Virus record (IMG/VR): IMGVR_UViG_3300027295_000004
From: a virus
Lineage: Duplodnaviria > Heunggongvirae > Uroviricota > Caudoviricetes
Direction: 5' to 3' (one strand)
Length of the DNA stretch: 64,000 nt
The stretch's first letter is position 1. Each line of letters begins with the position of its first letter. The notes under the pieces are model-generated. The model had not been told where the DNA came from. It did no database searches and was given only the letters and a program-made list of their open reading frames with translations. A program made the translations under genes and the position numbers. Of the stretch, positions 57,302 to 64,000 are shown in pieces.

Positions 57302-58092
57302 AAATAGCACACGAAGCACCAATAGCAATATTAAAACAAGTACAGAAAGTAACGCACTATGAATATGTTCTAGTTCATCTTTTAGATGAATCACAAGAAT
57401 ATAAAGACCATTTCTACAGCAAAAGCAAGATTCCAGTCAATCAGCTAATACTTGATAACAGTATATTTGAACTAGGGCATGCTTTTGATTGGGATAAATA
57501 TGCAGTACATGTGCAGGGATTGAATCCTACTAGGTACATCTTGCCAGATGTTCTGGGAGATAAAGAAGACAGTATTCATAATGCGAGGGTTTGGATGTCG
57601 ACATATCATGACAAATTCAACAGGTCTCCACGTAATTTGTTACCAATGGCAGTTGTGCAAGGCCAATCAATGGATGAGCTGACCGAGTGTTATGTAGCAT
57701 ATTACAAAAATGGCATTAGAAATATCGCCATCGGATTCAATCATGATTTCTTTGTTAAAGATTCAGAGACTAGAGACTGGGATCAAGCAAATGGCAGAAT
57801 TCAATTTGTGAAACATCTCAAAGAAACAGGAGTATGGAAATCGGATTGCTATCATCATTTGCTCGGATGTTCTTTGCCAATTGAATTGGGATATCGAGGA
57901 TATAATGATATTAATTCTGTAGACACATCAAGCCCAATTCTACACGGATTGCTTGGTATTAAATATGACGCATTGGGAATTTATCAGAAGAAGAAAATCA
58001 AAATGAATGATTTGATTCATAGCGAGGTTTCTGATGAACAACTGCAAATTATACTTGATAACATAAAAACCTTTAGATATATTACTGAATGA
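57298..58092 (+). CDS. dpdA: DpdA-like DNA 7-deazaguanine transglycosylase (TGT-like TIM barrel)
   Basis: 'LILDNSIFELG', 'ILPDVLGD', 'MAVVQG', 'IAIG', 'HLLG', 'SVDTSSP' match my recollection of phage DpdA/TGT-like proteins; ATGA-coupled to PolB; queC in the same genome. Confidence 0.8.
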   Translation: MKIAHEAPIAILKQVQKVTHYEYVLVHLLDESQEYKDHFYSKSKIPVNQLILDNSIFELGHAFDWDKYAVHVQGLNPTRYILPDVLGDKEDSIHNARVWMSTYHDKFNRSPRNLLPMAVVQGQSMDELTECYVAYYKNGIRNIAIGFNHDFFVKDSETRDWDQANGRIQFVKHLKETGVWKSDCYHHLLGCSLPIELGYRGYNDINSVDTSSPILHGLLGIKYDALGIYQKKKIKMNDLIHSEVSDEQLQIILDNIKTFRYITE

Positions 58093-58652
58093 AAATTTGT
58101 ATTAGCGGACCCCAATGTGCGGGTAAAAGTACTCTAATGCGCAAACTTAAAGAGTGCGGTAATTTTGACCAGTATCATTTTATTGATGAGCCTGTAAGAA
58201 GGCTGGTGAAAGAAAAGAATATTAAAATCAATCAAGATTCGAATTATGAATCTCAGATGACTATTCTTGAGGAGCATCATCGTAATATCTATAGACATCC
58301 GAAGTTCATCACCGACAGGGGTGCATTAGATGCGTTTACGTACGCTACGCATGATTATCTCATTGGAAAATATTCATTCAAGGAATGGAAAACATTCTAT
58401 GAAATTTATGCGGAGACTATGCATCAATATGATCATATTTTCGTATTACCACCTCTTGAAATGAAAGATGACGGATTTCGGTCATTGGATGTTCAATGGC
58501 AGGAGCAGATCTACAATCTAATGTCAGATATTGGCTATCGGTGGCTAGATATTACAAGCACTCTTTCTACGCCTATTTGGCAAGTTCCGCAAGGTAACCC
58601 CGATAGTTATGTTGAATATATTTTAGCTAAACTAGATCAGGAGCTCTGGTAA
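58089..58652 (+). CDS. P-loop nucleoside/nucleotide kinase-like protein (AAA_28/thymidylate kinase-like)
   Basis: 'ISGPQCAGKST', 'FITDRGALD', 'DDGFR'. Confidence 0.75.
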   Translation: MKICISGPQCAGKSTLMRKLKECGNFDQYHFIDEPVRRLVKEKNIKINQDSNYESQMTILEEHHRNIYRHPKFITDRGALDAFTYATHDYLIGKYSFKEWKTFYEIYAETMHQYDHIFVLPPLEMKDDGFRSLDVQWQEQIYNLMSDIGYRWLDITSTLSTPIWQVPQGNPDSYVEYILAKLDQELW

Positions 58653-58654
58653 CA

Positions 58655-59125
58655 ATGAAGACTTATCTATCTTGGGATTACGTAGAGGAAAGTACTGAAT
58701 CATTAGCACAAACGCTCGTTACAGATTATTCAGATAAGCTAAATGATTTTGTAATTTTGGCACCATATTATGGAGGGTGGCCTGTAGCCACAATGACAGT
58801 CAATGCGATACGAAATTTGACATCCACCGAATTCAAACCACCAGCAATTAATGAAACAGATCTAATTCGTCTTAATCTTCTTTCATTGTTTAATTCTCAA
58901 AGGTACTTGGTTATATTTGATGATGTCCTGGATACCGGAAAAGTCATTAATAATATTATCTGGAGAATTGATCATGAGTGCAGATCGTTTATCAATACAG
59001 ATAAAATCCATGAACGAATCATTGTCGCCACGATTGGTCGTAAAAGAAAGTGCGAATGGCCATGTCGGCATATTTTCAACACAGAATGGAAGTTAGATGA
59101 ATGGATTGTATTTCCATGGGAATAA
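58655..59125 (+). CDS. Type I phosphoribosyltransferase (purine PRTase-like)
   Basis: 'YLSWD' N-terminus, PRPP loop 'LVIFDDVLDTGKV', C-terminal 'WIVFPWE' typical of XGPRT-like enzymes. Confidence 0.8.
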   Translation: MKTYLSWDYVEESTESLAQTLVTDYSDKLNDFVILAPYYGGWPVATMTVNAIRNLTSTEFKPPAINETDLIRLNLLSLFNSQRYLVIFDDVLDTGKVINNIIWRIDHECRSFINTDKIHERIIVATIGRKRKCEWPCRHIFNTEWKLDEWIVFPWE

Positions 59126-59133
59126 ATTATTAT

Positions 59134-59607
59134 ATGAATACATTTTTAGAATACATCAACACGGCGGAACAAGAATCAATTTTAAGAGAGTCGAAACAAA
59201 CCAATAAATTTGACATCAAATGGCAGATTGTTCGAACAGACGCTAGAGACATCAAAGACCCGAGCAAAAAACTGTCATTCGTTCTGAATTTCCTTGAAAA
59301 GAATCCATCAAAACAAAACTATGATAGAGTAGCCAATTGGGTTAAAATGACGGGTGTTTCCTATAAAGGAAATGATCGTGAAAAATTTGAAAAAGCCCAC
59401 GATAAACTAAAACAAGACAAAGAGGAATACAAAGAATCTAATGACGAAGATAATGACCTCAGCAAAATCAATACATCAGAATTACAAAAGGTATACAAAG
59501 ACCTCAGCAAGAGAAAATATGGATTTCAATTTAAATCAGTACCAAAAGCACACACTGAATTTATCAATGCAGTTGAAAAAGAGTTAAAATCAAGAAATAA
59601 TAGTTGA
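59134..59607 (+). CDS. Hypothetical highly charged protein, possibly late/internal
   Basis: TAAATT 5 nt before the ATG; 'MNTFLEYI...LRE' leader. Confidence 0.6.
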   Translation: MNTFLEYINTAEQESILRESKQTNKFDIKWQIVRTDARDIKDPSKKLSFVLNFLEKNPSKQNYDRVANWVKMTGVSYKGNDREKFEKAHDKLKQDKEEYKESNDEDNDLSKINTSELQKVYKDLSKRKYGFQFKSVPKAHTEFINAVEKELKSRNNS

Positions 59608-59647
59608 ATACACAACAACCACAATATAACATATAACATATAAATTT

Positions 59648-60031
59648 ATGAGTAACGAAACACCAAACATCCGCACATTCGTCAAGGAAAACCTTATCGC
59701 ATTTATCGATCCAGCAGGACGCACTGGATTCGGTGAATTGGTTCCACATCTCGATACAGATACTACAGTAGCAATCAAGAATCCAGTAGTAGTTCATGTT
59801 GTTCCCCAAGGACAGAACATGGCACTACAACTCTTGCCTGCATTCTTCCGCGAATTCGGCGCAAGCCTCGAAGAACCAATTGTCTTCAATTATCCAAAGA
59901 GTTCAATTGCACTTACCAATGGCGCCACCTTTGACTTCAAGTTGTACGGCCAATATGAAGCAATGTTTGCACCGCCGCCTTTGGTGCAGCCGATTTCAGA
60001 CCCAAAGGTTGTCAAGCTTTTTGACGAATAA
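59648..60031 (+). CDS. Hypothetical protein
   Basis: 127 aa followed by a strong terminator. Confidence 0.65.
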   Translation: MSNETPNIRTFVKENLIAFIDPAGRTGFGELVPHLDTDTTVAIKNPVVVHVVPQGQNMALQLLPAFFREFGASLEEPIVFNYPKSSIALTNGATFDFKLYGQYEAMFAPPPLVQPISDPKVVKLFDE

Positions 60032-60048
60032 TCAAACCAAACTAAACC

Positions 60049-60076
60049 AAAAGCCCCTCTTCGGAGGGGCTTTTTT
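60049..60076 (+). terminator. Rho-independent terminator with a cUUCGg tetraloop
   Basis: AAAAGCCCCTC-TTCG-GAGGGGCTTTTTT. Confidence 0.92.
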
Positions 60077-60126
60077 ATTGCACAATACATGTGATTTAAC
60101 ACACACCGCCTCTTATATTGATATAC

Positions 60127-61227
60127 ATGAAAAAGAATCCGATTTTAGAAAAGGCTTTCAAGAGTTTAAAGAAGATTAATCCGGACGCTGAGTTCCTTAA
60201 TAACAGTACACTATCGACTATTACAGGCTTCATTGATACAGGAAGCTATGCACTGAATGCTATCATCAGTGGCAAGATCAAAGATGGTGGGGTACCAAAG
60301 GGTCGTATTACAGGATTTTCTGGTCCATCCGGATGTGGCAAGACTCTTATTATCAATAAGATTTTTGGGAATGCACAAAAACAAGGAATGATTCCAGTCA
60401 TCTGGGATACAGAGGGTGCGGTTGATCGCAGAGCAGCTGAGGGTGTTGGGTGTGATGTCAACAATTATATTTGGAACTCGGCAGATACGATCGAGCAATG
60501 TCGTAATGATATGGTTAAGTTTCTGGATGAAATTATCGCAGATCCAGAAATGAAAGGTAAATTTATTTTTGCAATTGATTCTCTTGGCAACCTTATCAAT
60601 GCAAAAGAGTTGCAAGACATTTCCAAAGACAAAGAATCTGCGGATATGGGTCTTCGTGCAAGGGCGATGAAAAGCCTTATGCGAACATTGAGCAATAAAG
60701 CATCGAAAGCACAGGTTCCAATTTTATTCACAAACCATATCTATGATGACCCATCTGCGATGTTTCCATCATTGATTAAGAATCAAGGTGGTGGTAAGGG
60801 ACCAATTTATCTTTCAACTGTTTTAGTTCAGATGTCAATGACACAAAATAAAGACGAGGACGATGATGATAAAAAAATCGCCATTGCAAATAAAGTTAGC
60901 GGCATTACTATGTCTGCAATGACTGTTAAAAATCGTGTAGTTCCGCCATTCTTGAAGACTGAACTAGAGCTTAACTTTAAAACAGGTCTCGATAAATTTT
61001 CGGGCCTTGAGGTGATGGCAATTGCATATGAAGTTGTTAAGCAAACTGGTGCAACATATCAGTTGCCAGATGGCACTAAGCTCGGATATTTTAAACAGTG
61101 GCGCAAGAATGAAGATCTTTGGGAGAATACCATTATTCCTAATCTTCAAAAGAAACTCGACACTGAACTGATGTATTCAACCACCGACCTAGACACCAAT
61201 GACGAAGAAGACAACGAAGAAGCTTGA
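60127..61227 (+). CDS. uvsX: RecA-like recombinase UvsX
   Basis: 'DTGSYALNAIISG', 'GPSGCGKT', 'IDSLGNL', 'DMGLRA', 'FTNHIY', 'GGGKG..Y', 'KNR..PPF'. Confidence 0.93.
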   Translation: MKKNPILEKAFKSLKKINPDAEFLNNSTLSTITGFIDTGSYALNAIISGKIKDGGVPKGRITGFSGPSGCGKTLIINKIFGNAQKQGMIPVIWDTEGAVDRRAAEGVGCDVNNYIWNSADTIEQCRNDMVKFLDEIIADPEMKGKFIFAIDSLGNLINAKELQDISKDKESADMGLRARAMKSLMRTLSNKASKAQVPILFTNHIYDDPSAMFPSLIKNQGGGKGPIYLSTVLVQMSMTQNKDEDDDDKKIAIANKVSGITMSAMTVKNRVVPPFLKTELELNFKTGLDKFSGLEVMAIAYEVVKQTGATYQLPDGTKLGYFKQWRKNEDLWENTIIPNLQKKLDTELMYSTTDLDTNDEEDNEEA

Positions 61228-62566
61228 TTTAAATCTTTTTGAATCGGTAATTGCATACCATGCTCTGTTTAATTCAGAGTATCTCGCAAGCATTATCGAC
61301 CATCTTAAACCTGAGTTATTTCATCGACCGGAGACAAAGGCTGCGATCTTTCCTATCGTTGACTTTTTCAATGAGCACAATGAAATTCCGTCTATCACGG
61401 AAATCAAAGTAAGACTCAAAGAGTCAACCGAAAGAGAGTTGTTTGCAAAGCTTTTAAAAGAGTTCACAGCGATCGACAAGACATTTAACTTAAAAGAATT
61501 GCTCACGAATACAGAGCAGTTTTTGAAAGAAAGATCGCTTGTTGCATTCTTGAGTAAGACCGCAACGCAGCTAGCAAAAGAAGGCAGTGTAGATTACACT
61601 GCAGCATATGCAGAGCTTGAGACTGCGGTGACAATGTCGCTGATTGATGATGTTGGTCTTGAGTATTTCAAGGACTTTGAAAAGCATTTGGATTACCTTG
61701 ATCGAAAAGAATCTCGTCTCAAGACAGGGTGGAATTGGCTTGATGAGAAGCTTGGTGGTGGGCTTTTGGAAGAAGGAAGAGCACTGTATATTTTCTGCGG
61801 TACTACGAATGTAGGCAAATCAATCTTCTTAGGCAATATAGCTAATAACATTGTGGCACAAGGTAAGTGTGCGGTGATTATTAGTTTGGAAATGCCTGAG
61901 CAGATTTATGCTAAGCGTATTTCTGCACAGCTATCTCGGATTCCTATCAATACACTTGCAGAGAAGAAAGAAGAACTCCGTGATTGGATGAATGAGTACA
62001 CCTCAAATCATATGGATTCAAAGCTCTTCATTAAAGAGTTTCCGCCATCGTCGATTAGTGCAAATCATATTAGAGCGTACTTAACAAAGCTCGTACGTAA
62101 AGGAATTAAGATTGATGCCATCATTTTGGATTATTTGAATTTGATGATTCCATGCAGAGGCTCTGGTGATGGCAATTCTTATGAAAAAATTAAGAAAATT
62201 GCAGAAGAAGTGCGTGCCTTGTCGTATGTGTTCAATGCACCTGTTATTAGTGCCACTCAATTAAATAGGTCGGCATATGATCAAGCAAATCCTGGATTAG
62301 AGACGACAGGTGAATCGATGGGGTTGCCTATGACAGCAGACGCTCAGTTCGGTATCTGGTGTACAGATGAAGATCGGGAAGCTGGGATTTTGCATCTTAA
62401 CTTGATGAAGAACCGTTTTGGACCTAATCATGGCAATACAGCGTTTCAAATTGATTATGATACTTTGCATCTTTCGGAATATGATGCGGAGACATTATCA
62501 TCGGGAGAAACCAATTTCGATGATGATGATTTTAACAATGCAATGAAAGACCTGAAGTTGACATAA
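61199..62566 (+). CDS. gp41: Replicative DnaB-like helicase (T4 gp41)
   Basis: 'TGW.WLD..LGGG', 'GTTNVGKS', 'SLEM', 'IKEFP', 'LDYLNL', 'SATQLNR', 'ESMGLPMTAD', 'KNRFG'. Confidence 0.95.
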   Translation: MTKKTTKKLDLNLFESVIAYHALFNSEYLASIIDHLKPELFHRPETKAAIFPIVDFFNEHNEIPSITEIKVRLKESTERELFAKLLKEFTAIDKTFNLKELLTNTEQFLKERSLVAFLSKTATQLAKEGSVDYTAAYAELETAVTMSLIDDVGLEYFKDFEKHLDYLDRKESRLKTGWNWLDEKLGGGLLEEGRALYIFCGTTNVGKSIFLGNIANNIVAQGKCAVIISLEMPEQIYAKRISAQLSRIPINTLAEKKEELRDWMNEYTSNHMDSKLFIKEFPPSSISANHIRAYLTKLVRKGIKIDAIILDYLNLMIPCRGSGDGNSYEKIKKIAEEVRALSYVFNAPVISATQLNRSAYDQANPGLETTGESMGLPMTADAQFGIWCTDEDREAGILHLNLMKNRFGPNHGNTAFQIDYDTLHLSEYDAETLSSGETNFDDDDFNNAMKDLKLT

Positions 62567-62590
62567 TTCTTTGTATGTCTAAATACAGGC

Positions 62591-62902
62591 ATGGAATTTG
62601 AAACAAAAAAGGATTATGAATCAACAGAATTTTTAGGCGAAAATGAAATCGACGAACATTATATCAAATCTTGCTCTTTGATCTGTCTTTTATCAAATAA
62701 GAATTTAAGTCCTACATCGATTATTATTTCTTTCATACAAAATCAGGAATTGCGTAAAATAATGTGTGATATCATGGATATTACATATTATGATTTTGTG
62801 AGAAAGATGTCGTACAATTACGATATTGTCAATAGATCAAAGAAAATATTATATGCACTAAATCAAAGTAATGACAGAAAACGAAAAACAGATTTACAAT
62901 AA
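62591..62902 (+). CDS. Hypothetical protein
   Basis: 103 aa; TAAATA 5 nt upstream. Confidence 0.6.
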   Translation: MEFETKKDYESTEFLGENEIDEHYIKSCSLICLLSNKNLSPTSIIISFIQNQELRKIMCDIMDITYYDFVRKMSYNYDIVNRSKKILYALNQSNDRKRKTDLQ

Positions 62903-63527
62903 ATGGCTTGCTACTACTTCTGGACAAATTAATAAGCCATTTAGATTAAGAGAAAATTGGCTGAATTTTGATTGTAGAGAGGATTATCCATATCTACAAA
63001 GACTGAGCCATTTCTTTGGTAAGCACCCGCATATTAAATGGGAAGATTATTTTGCGGCTCCATACAAAATCCACAAATCACAAAAAAACAACGGCAGGAT
63101 AGCACTTGAGTATTACATATCACCAAAAGCAATTAAAGACTATACGTCATATATGAAGTATTTGTCATTGCTGGAACCAGATGATCCACAACAAGCAGCA
63201 CTCACCATACAATCATTTAAGTTCATCCGTGATTTTTGTGTTGAGAATAAAATTAGAGCATCACAATACTGCCAGTTTAAGCAAGGATATACATCTACCT
63301 TTCTTAAGCATATCAAACAACACCAAGTATCATTGTATGCCATCTTTGCATTTCCAGATGCATTTTCTATTATGAACGGGCTGCACCCAGAAGAATTTGG
63401 TTTGTTTCTTGGAGATGTGAATTTGTACTCACACAAGACTAAATACGATAGATCAGATATCAAACCAAAAACACAACAACTATACCAAGCACTACAAAAC
63501 TACACTAAAAAAATTCTTGAATCCTAA
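62871..63527 (+). CDS. Possible helicase loader (T4 gp59-like)
   Basis: Size (218 aa), position directly before gp32 as in T4, weak 'F..RED..YLQRLS..F' similarity. Confidence 0.4.
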   Translation: MTENEKQIYNKWLATTSGQINKPFRLRENWLNFDCREDYPYLQRLSHFFGKHPHIKWEDYFAAPYKIHKSQKNNGRIALEYYISPKAIKDYTSYMKYLSLLEPDDPQQAALTIQSFKFIRDFCVENKIRASQYCQFKQGYTSTFLKHIKQHQVSLYAIFAFPDAFSIMNGLHPEEFGLFLGDVNLYSHKTKYDRSDIKPKTQQLYQALQNYTKKILES

Positions 63528-63568
63528 ACAACCAACAATTATAATAAAATACACAACCAAATAACACT

Positions 63569-64000
63569 ATGTCTATTCTCGACGAAATCTTCAGCAAAAT
63601 TCAAACCTCACAAACACCACAAAGTGCATCACCGAAAAACGATAATCTCTTTAAACCAGAAATTGACAAGACGTATATCGTACGCTTTGTTCCATATCTT
63701 CCCAATCCCAGCAACTCAATGTTGTCGTTTATGAATCACGGATGGGAGTCGAGACAGAATGGTCGTTACATCTCTGTGCCGTGTCTCAAATCATGGGGCA
63801 AGTCAGAAATTTGCCCTTGCTGTGAAACCAGATTCGCAGAGCTTAAAATTGGCACAGATGCCGCGAAAAATAAAGCACGACTGCTTCGTCAGAAGACAAT
63901 GAATTACGCCAATATTTACATTATCGAATCTCCAAATGAAAAGGATATTGGTCAGGTTAAGCCATGGCGCTATGGTGCCGAAATCGGCAAGATTTTGAGT
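63569..64000 (+). CDS. gp32: Single-stranded DNA-binding protein (T4 gp32-like), 3'-truncated by the window edge
   Basis: Not in the ORF track. Hand translation 'MSILDEIF...YIVRFVPY...HGW...ISVPCLKSWGKSEICPCCE...YANIYII..P...GQVKPWRYG..I..IL' carries the gp32 His/Cys zinc ligands. Confidence 0.9.
   Translation, partial: MSILDEIFSKIQTSQTPQSASPKNDNLFKPEIDKTYIVRFVPYLPNPSNSMLSFMNHGWESRQNGRYISVPCLKSWGKSEICPCCETRFAELKIGTDAAKNKARLLRQKTMNYANIYIIESPNEKDIGQVKPWRYGAEIGKILS

Noticed and set aside
59796-60179. 127-aa alternative-frame ORF crossing the UUCG terminator
   Set aside because: Overlaps the better ORF 59648..60031, the terminator and the uvsX start
12197-62566. Inteins in terminase, UvsW, helicase, primase or UvsX
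   Set aside because: Lengths are normal and no Cys...His-Asn bounded insertion was seen
1-64000. Stop-codon reassignment (alternative genetic code)
   Set aside because: Core genes are full-length under the standard code, and TAA, TAG and TGA all end conserved genes
1-64000. tRNA genes, rRNA and CRISPR arrays
   Set aside because: No cloverleaf/T-loop signatures or regularly spaced repeats were seen, and intergenic space is minimal; by-eye scan only
1-64000. Specific host assignment
   Set aside because: Missing SD motifs suggest Bacteroidota, but the promoters look like canonical TTGA-17-TATAAT rather than the Bacteroidota type; the evidence conflicts and is insufficient

Overview
This window is part of a large T4-like (gp55/gp32/gp41/gp61-type) myophage genome of about 35% GC by eye, densely coding in the standard genetic code. 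It holds tail and baseplate genes (sheath, tube, gp3, gp54/48/53/27/5, two gp26-like genes, tape measure), the large terminase, and the replication/recombination core (RNase H, primase, helicase, UvsX/Y/W, gp46/47, gp62, gp32, PolB). Five things stand out. (1) A 7-deazaguanine DNA-modification system: a DpdA-like transglycosylase next to PolB, and a separate operon of queC, a glycosyltransferase, an Ntn amidotransferase, a DenV-like glycosylase and a DUF366-like protein, which may make an undescribed hypermodified guanine. (2) A PolB gene broken inside its Exo I motif, with oppositely charged, possibly intein-derived tags on the two halves and a homing-endonuclease-like remnant between them. 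(3) A ~13 kb AT-rich glycan-biosynthesis island of 16 sugar-related genes between gp47 and gp46. (4) TAARTA late-promoter motifs exactly 5 nt before start codons, suggesting leaderless mRNAs. (5) A Hef-like endonuclease with a Mom/GNAT-like tail between the sheath and tube genes. All family assignments come from motif recognition by eye; no database search was run. No tRNA, rRNA or CRISPR array was seen.
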